This document shows, piece by piece, positions 1 to 11,999 of a stretch of 64,000 nt of DNA. Where the stretch lies: positions 35,704-99,703 of the forward strand of contig MU619350.1 of the NCBI GenBank assembly GCA_025201805.1, in the 5' to 3' direction. The stretch is from Parasitella parasitica NRRL 2501 (taxonomy: Eukaryota; Fungi; Mucoromycota). The stretch's first letter is position 1, and each line of letters begins with the position of its first letter. The notes under the pieces are model-generated. The model was not told where the DNA came from and searched no databases. It saw only the letters and a list, made by a program, of their open reading frames with translations. The position numbers and the translations under genes are program-made.

Positions 1-1666
1 TTCCATGTTCTTGATGCTCTGTCTTTTTTTGCTTGGCTTGCTGATGACTTTGATACCCTTGCTGGGAAATGTGCCCAATTGCAATCCATTGCCCAGTTGG
101 ATCTTGGCCAATACCTCGACCCGTTTTCTCTTCTCGTCGGCGTCATTGATGTACAGCTGTTTGGACACACATCTTCCAGAGACGGCCGTGTTGGCACCAG
201 CAGCACTGTCAACGATAGTTCCATCGGATGTGGACCATTCCAGGACACCAGTCTGGTTGATGGTTTCTCCAGAGATATGGATCGTTAGTTTAGGACAAGT
301 TAGAGTTTGCGAAGGCGACTGAAAGAAGCTGGATTTCTTTGCTTCAGCTTTGTCTGAAGCATTGCTGCTGTTAGTCCACCAATTTGCACCCTTCAAGATG
401 GTAGTGGGAGGGGGGCACAAAAATCTAAGATTGTCGTCATTCATCAGTTCAGACTGCTTAGTGCGTATTACAGTGCTGATTAGCTTACCTTTTCTCAGTT
501 CCGTAGCTCTTTTGTGCTACTCTGCTTGTTAACACCATGACCGTTCTTTCACCCGTAACAGGCAATGATCTCTCTTGATGATCACGTCGAATCAGATAAT
601 CCTGAATTAGTGGTTTCAACGAAGAAGCAGTAGTCTCGCCTTGAATGACACGAGCAGTAATCAAGCCGCTCTTGCTATGATTGGTTGTCTTTGCGATATC
701 CCAGTCTTCCTGCTGTTGCTGTTGCTGCTGTTGCTGCTGTTGACCAAATAATATAGGTTCAAATCCCAAAGAAGCCGGCTGCATTGGAGTGATAGGAGGA
801 GAAGGTGACATGGAAGAGAGAGAAGACGAACCCATGGTATTTGAAGGGGAAACAGGGGACAATGAATTGGCACTACGCCTCTGTCGCTTTTGCGCTTGTG
901 TGTGCATTTCCTTGACCTCTTGCTGCTCCAGTAACCAATCGGCCATTGTGTTGATTTCGTTAGTGATAGCCGATGGAGGGATTGAGTTGTTTAAATCATG
1001 GTGATTTAGCCTGAACAGATCATTTCCTGTAGTGATGGAGGAGGCGGCGCTGTTGGAGTCGATGAATGACATGTCAGAGATGATGGTAGACGCATCGTTG
1101 AGGTTGTTGCTGGGGGACGACGAAGAACACGTCGATGCGTTCTCTGCAACGAGTGCGTCCAGGAAGCTGGTGGAAAAGAAGTTGGATGAAGTTGTGGATA
1201 GAGTCGGTGATAAAAGGGATGCATAATGGGGGTCGTCTTCTCGCAGGGACAGTGTGCGTCTGTGGACGGGCCTTTCCTCGGGAGGATTCATATGGGCAGT
1301 CGAGTTCAGCAGCATCTGAATGTCGTCCCAGGGCGAGTGCTCGTTTGCTGTCATGATGTTGAGGTCCTTTTGCAAATCAAACGAGTGGTAGTCCATCTCG
1401 CCAATGGCAACTGAATGGCGGCGGGAATTGCTGCCAGACAACGGAGTGGTGTGCTGGTCAAAGAACGAGTCAAAGTTGAAATGGTGCGGCTGGTCGTCTA
1501 CGTGCAATGCATTTGCTGCTGTGGAGGGCGAGGAGGGCGACGAGTATATAAAGTCAGACCAGGAGGAAGAGGTTGTCGGCATGGATGAGCTGAGCAATCT
1601 GTCGTCTGCTGGCTGCTTTCTCTTTCTGGAGATGTCTTCTTGAGTGTTTGTGGAAGTTGTGAACAT
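1..1666 (-). CDS. CSL (CBF1/Su(H)/LAG-1) family transcription factor, 3' part outside the window
   Basis: ATG at 1666 and intron 425-488 give ...RVAQKSYGTEKR|FLCPPP...GRCVSKQLYINDADEKRKRVEV...FPSKGIKVISKPSKKRQSIKNME, the LAG-1 DNA-binding signature. Long Ser/Gln-rich N-terminus as in fungal class F2 CSL proteins. Confidence 0.92.
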
Positions 1667-4558
1667 TTCGTACCAGCGAAAGTAAGTTTGCAAAAAAGCG
1701 AAAGCTCTGCGTTGATTGAGCAGGAAATCAAGGGCCTTTTATAGCATAGCTACGGGTGGCACAAGATGTAGTACTGCTAAAACGAATGCCCTATTTAAGC
1801 ATCATGAACCCCACATTTTTTTTCTGGTTTAAACCAATCAAGTCCATGGCGCATTTCGCTTGCTCCGGGTTTCTTTTAAAACTTTTTACCGTCCACATGA
1901 TGCAAAACTAGTTTTCCCGCCCTTCTCCAACCGAAGAAACGGGTAACACCACTGGCTGCTAACTGTGTATTGCTTGCGCAAGTAATGTATTATCTATAAA
2001 CCTTAAAGTGTCATCATCATCCGCTAGCATACATGTGTGTTTTTAGAGACAGAAATCGGTCCACATACGTTGCACTATTTGTTTAGAATGTGCATTATTT
2101 ACGCCATGACAAATGCGTGTAGAGAATACAATGTTTGAGACACTTTGGATGTTCCATTCGCCAAATGTATACATCATCTCTCTCTCTCTCTCTCTCTGCT
2201 ACATGTCTCGTTACACCAACACTAATAAAATGTGTAAAAAATCGAGCTAATATCAGGATTGTTATAAATATAGCAGAGGCTTGGAAGACTAGAAAGATAA
2301 TCAGCATCATTGCTATCATGTGTGCATATCTCTTTACATCACCAATATGTCCATAAACATTGCATTTCCTGTCCCCTCATATTTCCTATTATGCAAATCA
2401 ATGCTGCATTTCTGATTTCAAATGTGCATTGCTCTTGGCTCAAACACACAATATACTTGCTCGTATACGTAGTATTTGTGACACACATGACATATTTAAC
2501 CCTGCCTTTTGTTGTGAATTGATCTGATCTGTTGAGTTTTAAAGTCTCTTTTCATTATCATCATGGCAAAACAACCACTCCTCCCCCCCCCTTCTTTTTC
2601 AAAAGAGCCATAACACGAACACATTAAATTAGGCTTTGTGTTTAATTTCTTTGTACCTTTGTATATCTGAATCTATAGTCTCTGTGATGTGGCATCGCTC
2701 CGTCTCATAGGCTGATGATAAACTCTAAAAGACCCAATATTCTATAAGCAACACAAAGCGCAATTACATTGGGTCAAACCTTAGTACAAACCAAATTAAA
2801 CCCAAATGTTAATTTGTCCAATCTAAGAAGTATCCATTCCGCTCTCTCGTCTGAAACGAGTACCAAATACGCTACGATATAGATGCTATATTTTGTGCTA
2901 TATTGTTGTGTTAAAGAAAAAGTTTTAATTCGTCTTTTTAATAATACTTCTGCATCGTTGTCTATAACGTGGATGTCTTCAGACATCTCCTGATCTATTA
3001 GCTGGCTAAATTAACAATAGTATGAAATAGAAAACGCTTTCCTCTCTTTAGCTACAATCACATTTTGAATGGGAGGTTCTGAAAAATAAAAATTTCAAAT
3101 TCGTGATTCCTTTCTAGCTAAATCATGCACAGTATGCGTAGCTCCAACCTCCTATCCGCCAATTCTGTTTGTTGACTTCCGAGAGGTCGGCCTTACACTT
3201 ATGTCGTTACCGCCCTACTTTGAGATACTATTATACCATTTCAAGAACAATGCAGCGTGCAGTTTATTTTTGTAAGCGAACAGAAAACGTGCCAAAGATG
3301 TCAATTTGTAAAGTAGCCGATTCCCCTCTTATCATTAATTTTGACACATGAACACTAGTTTGNNNNNNNNNNNNNNNNNNNNNNNNNNNNNNNNNNNAAA
3401 AAAAAAAAAAAAGAAAAAAAAAAGACAAATCAATTTGACATGGTCATAATATGTAAACAAAACACACATGTAGGAGCTTATCTGCCGTGCAGAAGAATCA
3501 ACAAAAAAAGGTAATTCTAACTTTTTAATACAGTGGCATACAAATGGGTCCAGCCCAACTGGTAAAAAGAAACGGCTTGTATATTTGAATTGTCATATTT
3601 GCATCAATTTAGTTGCTGGCACTAACAAGATGATACCTCTTTCTGTAATCATCAATACCGGTAGCATTCTCTGCACCTGTTTCCGCAGTGTTTTATTTTG
3701 GAGTCTTTTTTATCTTTAGAAGTATACAATAGAAAACTGCGATTCCCCTGCCTAAGAAGAAAAAAAAAAAACTAGACATCAATGGTGGAATAACGCTTTT
3801 ATGTAGCAGTATGAGCGGCTCGCCGAGCTACTATATATTCTAGTTTCTTTGTCTTTTTGACAAGGATCTTGCCTGACCGAAATTGGAAAACAAAGAGTCT
3901 ACCAACACTGATCTGACCACTACCATCTCTCTAATCGCTTTAAGTCTACATAAAAAAAGACTTGATATTCTTATGGATCGTGGAGGGGGTTTTTTTTTGT
4001 CAAATAGTCATTTTTTCATTGTTTTACTATTTTAATGTATTGGCTTGTTAGCTGTATTATAAGCTTCAAAAATTGAGGGCCTTCATGACCAAACTAACCT
4101 GTCAAAGCTGTCGAAGAGTTTAACAAAGCAACTCAAGACGTAAAAAAAAACGCTTGCTCGCATAAATTTAAGTGTCTCATGGTTTAGAACGCTTTACTTT
4201 TTGCTTTTTATGCTCAAGGCCGACTCAATTTGACGCTTGCTACTTGATGAAATCAACCTTCTTTGCTCAGATGTAATCTTTATAACCATAACCATCAAGT
4301 CCTGCTTCTAAAACTGGCTGCTCGTAGTTGATCTTCAAGACTGGGATCAAGATTGGAACGCATCATCTTGCTAGTCTTTCCCTTTTCAATTCTTTTCTTG
4401 CTTTCGTCACAGCAATTTGGTATGGCAAACAGGTTTAGTGATTTCTTGAAAGTAATCAAGTACATAGACTATGTCGGATTTCAATGTTGCCACCTGCACC
4501 ACTAGAAGTTGTTTAGCAGTTCAGCAATATTATATTAATCCCAACCTAAACTGTTAGA

Positions 4559-5147
4559 GTGGGTATGCTATTTTACTTCTGCGATTAGGCGATTCTCAGA
4601 GAAAAGAATTACAAAAAAGCATTATTGTATGCCATTCATGTAAAAAGGGAAGTTTACAATAGAAGAACTCATTCACATTATTATTTTATTACTATAAAAA
4701 TAATCACTATTGTTGAAAAATAATTAAGACTATTGATTGTCAGATCGTTTAATTGAACTTGTTGATTCTATCTGCATAAAAAAAAAATACGTATAAAGTT
4801 ATCAGCAGAAGAAAACAATGCTTTTCATATAAAAGCGCATTTAAAAGCATACATGGTTTGATACAGAGCAATATAATAAAAAATGTTTTACGCTTGATCA
4901 ATACCTTCATGATCTAGGCTTTCTGAGAATAACCTGATTTCCAGTGGGCCATAATTTCGATCGTGAATAATGCCACATATTTTTGCTCATAACTTCTGCT
5001 AAAATGATTGTAGAAACACAACCTAACTTGGAAAACTTAGCGTCAGCTTAGCGCTATCTGGCAACAACATTTGCATCTAAGTTTTTATTGCTACCTATCA
5101 ATTTATCAGAAGTTATCAAAAATTTTCACATAAGAATAGCATACCAC
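4559..5147. mobile_element. Putative MITE / non-autonomous DNA transposon remnant
   Basis: Imperfect terminal inverted repeats: GGTATGCTATT-TTA at ~4562 versus TAAGAATAGCATACC at 5131-5145 (11 bp perfect core). AT-rich, non-coding interior. No TSD verified. Confidence 0.35.
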
Positions 5148-6910
5148 AGATATAATCTGCCATAAATTTAGCCATAAATTTAAGATAAGAATACCGGCCT
5201 TTGCCAACTAATTCTGGAAGTTGAATCTCATGCCAATTCCAATGTTGATATAAAAAGACTTTAAGAAACCAGAGCCAGAGCAATCCTGGCTTCCTTTTTC
5301 AAAAATTAATAAAGGCCCTACTGCGTTCTCCGTGATATAATTGCTTGTAGTCTCTTAAATTAATTGCCTTTGGGAAGAATTGTTATTCATATCGTAATAA
5401 CTCTCAAGGAGACCATGATAATGTATGTCCAATGATGTGTTGTTATGCTTGTCGAAACAGGAGTAGAATAAAGTCTGTTTCAAATCAAGAATATTTCAGC
5501 TTATCTGTAACACATGTTCATGTTATTGACAAATATTGTGAGGTACTATCAAATCAAAGACGAGTGGCCTTGTAGTATAATATTCCATTGTGCCCTGTCA
5601 TGAATATGATGTTACCTATGCAAATTACTCTTACCGATTAGTATTTAAATAAGTCACCAAAAATCTATGTAGCTGTGAAAAAAAAAAGTATAATAAATAG
5701 CAGATGCAAAACTGTATCTTTAAATGAAGTAACCTCAAGTTCTCGTATCTCGTTAATGCAATGTTTTCTTTTTTAAGCTTTTCTGATTTTCGATCTTGCA
5801 GATCCCAACAAATTGCATGTAATCGCTGATAGGCTATGATAAAAATAAAAATAAAGCCTATTTTATTTCTTATGATAGTGAATATATGGAAGTTTAATAC
5901 AAACTATACAATCTTTTGAGATAAAAGAAAACAGCAGTATGATAATATATGAATTTACAGATCATTTTGATTGACATCAATGGCATCTCCAAGAAGTTTT
6001 TGCGCGTTTTGCGCTTTGGTCATGCGTAAAATATTGGCTATGTGACAAATGAATCTTGACCAGTTGAAAAAAAATTTGTTTTCCTTGTTTTTAATTAGGA
6101 AATGAGCACTTTGTTCCCTGATTGACACATTCACAAACTTTTTCGGAAAGAGTGTACTGTTGGGTTCATTTTGAAAAAGTATGTGATAAGATATGCTTAA
6201 CATAAACATACGTAATCAGAAATAGATTATCATTAGTGGAAAAGAGTGAAAAGAACCAGAGAAATAACATTGCGTATTGATAATGGGTCGATTAACAATA
6301 TTTATATACTATTCGAACTGAGGAAATTGTGAAGATAAGGTGTTAGGTGATAAGGTCTGGGTAAGCATGACAATAATTATATCTAGCGCGAACATGTCAT
6401 GCTTGTGCGTTCGTGATCTGATCTGCAACGGATCGAGTCTTTATTTTACATCACGAAAAAATATGCGTTTATGTAAGAAAGTTTCTCGGAACATTGAATT
6501 GGAAATGTAGTAATATCTGATTATGTCTTGGCAATAAAACAAGATTTACATAAACTANNNNNNNNNNAAAAAAAAAAAAAAAAGCACAATATCACATCTA
6601 ATGACGTGCAAAGAACCATATCGAAGTGTTCTTCGAGCTATATGTATTGGACTTTTTTCTTGTGGATGCAGGCTAATGCTTTTCGAATATTTCAGTTGTA
6701 GGGTATGTGGTATTTTATTCCAGTCCTTTCTTTTTTTAAAAAAAATGTGCGTAAAATAAGAATATAAGGTCATATCGAAGAGGCAGGTGCAATTGAGATA
6801 TAAAATAAAGATATGATAAAATAATTCAGATGTTTGGACAAAAACAAGCTAATGATTACCAAAAAATTATATACAGTAAGCTAAAACCAATTTCAGTTAG
6901 CACGCACGCA

Positions 6911-7230
6911 CTACAAGAGGGAGTGCCGCTGATCTTTCCCAATGGTTTGATGAATATTGGATCGGATAGTGGCCAATATCGCTGTAGGCTGTATGGGTGT
7001 TTTATTGAAAATAAACCTCATATGTCCAAGCCATATTTGAGAGAGTATGATAATGAAAATTCGATATGTTGGAAAAATCCTAGGGACAGAAGAGACTCTT
7101 TGATAACGTCTATAAAAGTAGTAGGCCATAGGAACTCAAATATAATGCCCTGCCAGATTTTCTCTTTTGATGGACAATCGAAGAGAAGATGACTGGGAGA
7201 ATCGTTCTTGAGCAAGAAAGCTAGACAGAG
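6911..7230 (-). mobile_element. Degenerate 3' end of an L1-like non-LTR retrotransposon ORF2 (zf-RVT region)
   Basis: Frameshifted pieces DSPSHLLFDCPSKEKIWQGIIFEFLWP and IWLGHMRFIFNKTPIQPTAILATIRSNI...* match the HLLF-CP-K--W zinc-knuckle and W--HW-FIF tail typical of L1-clade ORF2. Confidence 0.7.
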
Positions 7231-7627
7231 AGGAATTCCAGCCCATAATGATAGTTTTCATGGAAACACATCAAATTAACTTGTCAGTATCAATAATTAA
7301 TATACAGCACAATATCGTAAGTATATGCATGAATTTTCTTATGCACCGCATCTTTGATTTAGATCTTTATGATTATTCAGTAGTACATAAAAATATAGAT
7401 ATTTCTCTGTCCACTCTTCCACTGATCACAGTAACCACAAGATTAAATTTATGTTACAATACTAGCCATAACCTTAAACGACATAAATTCCCATTAAATT
7501 GAATTAGGGTTATTTCGCACCCACTTTTTAAAATGCCTAAATCTCAAAACTAATGTGTCAGTTCAATTCCCATAGACGAGCAGGTGTGTGCATAAAGAGT
7601 TTATTTTAACAAAAATATAAAAAAAAT

Positions 7628-8404
7628 TCAAGCAAACTATAATATCACAGAAGAATTAGACACTTTTGTTTCGCTTCTTCTCTCTTTTTACATTACCTGA
7701 GCCAAATAACTTTCGGCGACATTTCTTGCGCGAGTATTTACACTCAATTTCATTTCAGAGATCTCTTTGTCAACTTCCTCCATGAAATGAACGATGAAAT
7801 CAACCAGCTTGTGTTTGTACATTTGTTCGGTATGGTTGTTTGTGATTAAGAAAGAGATATCATATCCCTAGTTGAGACGTTCAGATAATCGAATGCATTC
7901 TTTTTTTTTTTTTTTTTTTTTTTTGGCAAAGACTACTTACGTCCACTGGCTTTCTACGTAAAATAACAAAGTTCTCAGCTCTCATCATCAAAAAACGAGA
8001 AAATTTATGGCACAATATATGTTCGAGGTCATCGGCTTGCTTAATCTTGATGCTTACACGAACAGAGTTGACTGAAGGTTCAACGAGTACTTTTTCATTT
8101 TCGTTACGGCTGATAACTAGAGGGTTCATCAACAATTCTTTGGATTTCCTAATGCATTTCTACGTATTAGATGTGTTGCTTAACTGCTGCAACAATGCAT
8201 TTACCCTGACTCAATTTCGGGTGTGTTGTGTCTTTCTGCTACTTGAGAAGAAAAGTTCTCCAAGCATAGAGCAGCCGTCAGAGTTGAGCGAACGGCTGTA
8301 AGATATGGACGAAGCGTATTAGACTAAATTAAATAAATAAACATCGCGTTATTTTCTTCCATTTGTTTCTAATATTCTTCGGTTTATATTGTAATATTTA
8401 CCAT
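7628..8404 (-). CDS. ARPC4: Arp2/3 complex subunit 4 (p20-Arc)
   Basis: Spliced: M|[33 protein letters not shown]...[25 protein letters not shown]...[17 protein letters not shown]|[10 protein letters not shown]...[23 protein letters not shown]. Four introns; the first exon is ATG only. Confidence 0.96.
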
Positions 8405-8994
8405 AACGTTGGACTGAAGAAGAAAAAGGGAATAAGTTTTACAACCTCTGAACTTTCGTCACTTGTTGCACACACACACATAATGATTTACTCGGCGTTT
8501 TAAGATCAGTGTTTACTATATCAATCTTATCTAAAAGATAGCATCGGTATGTAGGCAACATTTGATGTATTTTAGACATGATTCAATAATAAAAAATGAT
8601 TCGTTTATCCAGTACAAGTTATGTAAACATATTTTAAATATAAGTCTAGTATACATATAGGAAATATATATACGCATACGATGTAGATTTCATTGATTTC
8701 GAAAATAAACAGAATCTGTTGTGTGGTTTTGCTTTGCAGAAAGGAAGAATGTAAAGAGTAGCGCACGTTCTTCATTTTACCGAAAGCAATTGAATGCAAT
8801 TTTATATCCATACAGAAAATATTTTCGCTTTTGTTGTTATTAATGTTGCAATTATAACCATGCTATCATGTTGTCAGACATTATGCTGTTGTCAAATTCC
8901 TAGTATTATATACAATTCATATAAAAAGAACCAATTTTTACACCTATTTGCTTTTTACAAAACTAATCATTATCACAGCAATATAACACAAAAA

Positions 8995-10272
8995 ATGCGT
9001 TTCTCTCTTGCCATCATCTCCTCTGTTGTGTTAGCCCAAGCTGCTTATGCCTCATCCTCTGAATCAGCATCTGCCTCGTATGCCTCGTATGCCTCTGCAT
9101 CAGTATCAGCATCTGCACTCGCTGAGCCCTCGTCTGCCAGTATTGTTGATACCCTTGAAAAGCGTAATTTGTTTGATTACATCAAAAAGGTAATTTTTGC
9201 TGATGAAGAGAGCTCTGCTGAAGCTGCTTCTGCGTCTGCTTTTGCTTCTGAATCAGTTGCTGCTGATGCCTACTATCTCGCTGTCCCTTCAGCCTCTGCC
9301 TCTGCCTCGGCTGCCGCTCCTTCTCTTCACAAGCGTAATGGCAACATGCAAGACATCCTCGCTTCCATTGAAGATTATTCCCTTGGAGCTGATGCTGTTC
9401 CTTCAGCCTCTGCTTCTGCTTCTGCCTCTGCCTCTGCATTGGCTTCGGAAGCTCCATCCTTCAAATGGAGAAACCGTGCTGCTGCTCGTGTCAGTGCTCA
9501 AAGTGCATCTCGTTTGGCCTCTGTCTCTGTCTCTGCCTCTGCCAAAGCTACTCCCTTGGTTAAATACAACAACTACTACAAGCGTTCTGTAAATGAGGTC
9601 GAAAGCGCCTCAGCTTTAGCCTCAGCCTCAGCTGATGCCTTAGATCTTCTCTTCGAAGCTGCTGCTTCTGCATCAGAAGATGCTTCTGCCTCTTTTGCTT
9701 CTGTTCCCGCTTTGCAAAGTGCATCTGCCTCCGAAGCATACGTCCCTGTTTACATGAAGCGTGATGATGCTGATTTCTCTGTCTCTGCTGCCAGTGGATC
9801 TGCTTCTGTTTCTGCTGCAGAGCCCTCTGCCTCCGCATCCGCCTCAGCTTCTGTTGTTGTCCAGGAAGAGATGATCTACATGGTCAACAACTTCAAGCGT
9901 GAAGAAAGTTCAGCCTCTGTTGTCGATCCTGAGGTCGATTCTGCTTCCGCTTCTGCGTCTGCGTCTGCTTCTGCTTCTGTTGCTTTCAAAGCTGCTGCTG
10001 TCATGGCCTCTGCTTCTGCCTCTATTGTCGAGCCTGCTGCTGAATCCAACTTTGCTGCTGATGCCATCGTTGCCGACGTTCAATCACAAATCGAAGCCAT
10101 TATGGAACAAGACGAAGCCTCTGCTATCGATGAAATCATAGAAGCCGACAAAGCAATTGATGCCCCTATTGTCGAAGACCAAGTGGCTGAGAATGATGCT
10201 GACAACTTTTGGATCGCTGACGCTCAAGCCGAAGCTCAATTCAAGGGCTACGACTGGAAAGAAACCAACTAG
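8995..10272 (+). CDS. Secreted Ser/Ala-rich protein with five KR sites (Kex2-processed repeat precursor candidate), 425 aa, intronless
   Basis: AAAAATG start at 8995; signal peptide MRFSLAIISSVVLAQAAYA; LEKR, LHKR, YYKR, YMKR and NFKR separate (SA)n-rich modules; biased codon usage (GCT/GCC/TCT). Confidence 0.85.
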   Translation: MRFSLAIISSVVLAQAAYASSSESASASYASYASASVSASALAEPSSASIVDTLEKRNLFDYIKKVIFADEESSAEAASASAFASESVAADAYYLAVPSASASASAAAPSLHKRNGNMQDILASIEDYSLGADAVPSASASASASASALASEAPSFKWRNRAAARVSAQSASRLASVSVSASAKATPLVKYNNYYKRSVNEVESASALASASADALDLLFEAAASASEDASASFASVPALQSASASEAYVPVYMKRDDADFSVSAASGSASVSAAEPSASASASASVVVQEEMIYMVNNFKREESSASVVDPEVDSASASASASASASVAFKAAAVMASASASIVEPAAESNFAADAIVADVQSQIEAIMEQDEASAIDEIIEADKAIDAPIVEDQVAENDADNFWIADAQAEAQFKGYDWKETN

Positions 10273-10454
10273 AGATTTTTTTTTATAATACAGCTTAGAT
10301 TTTTTTTTTAATTATAATTTACACGAATGCCTCCACTTTTTTTTTTGTTACAAAAAATTTACCCATCATTAAATTCAACCAAAATACATACAACATTCTC
10401 TTTTATCTCAATTTCTTCATTTTTATTAAAATATACTAGTTTATCTCAAAGTTT

Positions 10455-11172
10455 TCATGTGGATGATGCTTGCTGAAAGCCATCCAGAATCGTTTTCATG
10501 GGAAAGTACCGCTTGTCAGGCACACGGTGTTTAAACACGATGTTTAAATTGCAGTCAATGATAACAACAGATCGATTCATTTCCAATGTTACCAAATTTA
10601 ATGATTCAAATGCTGTTGAAATTAATCTGTCCGCATTATCGCTTGCTAATATGAATTTTGGTTCAAAATGTAAGCTTTGTGAAGTAAAATTGGGCGTGGC
10701 ATAGGCTGCATGGATTTGCGCTCGGTCTTGAGTCATGGCAATAGGTATAGCACCGAGTTTTATGAAATAATCATAATGTTCTCTATTCAAGACGATTAGC
10801 CGCGAGCATTTGAGTTTTATGTGCACACTTTTACTGTATGTGGGCCAAATCAATTTTTGATTGATGTGTGCTGGGGATTAAATTTATCATAGATGGTGAG
10901 TATATCTAGAAATGGGCACTGAACACTCTCACTTACAAATCGTACCCGCAGAAGAATAAGACTACATATTGTCCTGCCTGAAATGCATCAGATAGCTGGA
11001 ACTGCATTACTTGGCCCTGGTAGAAAATCAAACATTGAAAATTATGCGCACCTGGCTTGCTTCTGTTGGCGATTTTTAATTTGGAGTTTACTTCCTCGCT
11101 CAAAGCGCCGAGTTCGTCCACACACACTCGATATCTCTTCAATGAACTACGATTAGCACCCAATTGTTGCAT
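10455..11172 (-). CDS. AhpC/TSA (peroxiredoxin-fold) protein lacking the peroxidatic cysteine
   Basis: Two introns (~10871-10936 and ~10782-10834) give GQYVVLFFCGYDFTHQSKIDLAHIQEHYDYFIKLGAIPIAMTQD...FILASD...MNRSVVIID. This aligns by eye to Prx1 [20 protein letters not shown]...PLVSD...FRGLFIID. Confidence 0.75.
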
Positions 11173-11489
11173 TTTATATTAATAAGAAGAATAAGAAGAA
11201 AGAAAGAAAGAAAAAGAGGTCTGTTTTATTGTGAGTTCTTTTTGCATAAAAGTGTGTACTGTGTTACATGTTGGAAAAGTTCTCACATCATTTTATCACA
11301 TTAGTCCAGCAGGACGATATATTCATCCTCTACTTCAAGGAAAACGACATTGTCAGGGGAGCAGAGAAGCTGCTTTCACCTTTCCAGCTGTTTGATGGAA
11401 CGATCGGTCGTCTTGGGAACAGCCTTGTTTTTCCTAAAAAAAAAGAACTAAAAACTAATGATATTTATGAAGTTTGCTGGCTAAAGACA

Positions 11490-11600
11490 TACAGCATGAA
11501 ATCGTCGTCCAAATCGAAGATATGCAATCATATGCCTGTAAAGACCTCCAATAAAAACCAAACAGCTTGCAAGCACATGCATTTGTTGAAACGTTGGTGA
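11490..11600 (+). pseudogene. Degenerate SWIM zinc-finger fragment (MULE transposase-like remnant)
   Basis: MQSYACKDLQ*NQTACKHMHLLKR resembles the SWIM CxC...CKH motif; interrupted by a stop/frameshift. Confidence 0.45.
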
Positions 11601-11999
11601 AGAGACCTCATCGTATATGAAGATAAAAATGTTCTACAGCCAAACCACAAGGGTCAGCAAGTGTAAGCTTTCTTCAATAATACCTACACTTATACCTTAC
11701 TGTGCAAAGAATGCCGCAAAGATACTGCTTTTAGCAATGTTCCTCCGCACCAAACTGCTCATACCAGGATAGACAGCTTAATAATCAACACCTCATCTGT
11801 TGTAAATACTTTCATGTTTGACAACAATATCTACACTTGAAAATGGAGATCAAATCCAGGTATTAGAAAGAGCTAACAAGCGTATTTTCAGCTATTACTG
11901 ATACAGCTCTGAACAGTAATCTCACCACACGAAGACAAGCCATTAAATAAAAATAAAATATATTTGTATAAATATAAACGTTATCGAATGATACAATAT

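Noticed and set aside
8794-8994. N-terminal 67 aa of the 492-aa ORF call
   Set aside because: AT-rich promoter-like sequence with a TATA-like TATAAAA; the signal peptide and strong start context begin at 8995.
9182-10141. Antisense and alternate-frame ORFs over the Ser/Ala gene (likewise over LETM1, Dicer, AFG3 and NTE1)
   Set aside because: Shadow ORFs caused by codon bias and low complexity; no recognisable motifs.
11301-11434. Minus-strand segment ending ...VVFLEVEDEYIVLLD*, resembling a UBA2 C-terminal SIM exon
   Set aside because: In-frame TGA upstream and it would need an atypical ~670-nt intron; UBA2 already ends with a SIM-like DEDEDVIFL before its stop at 12000.
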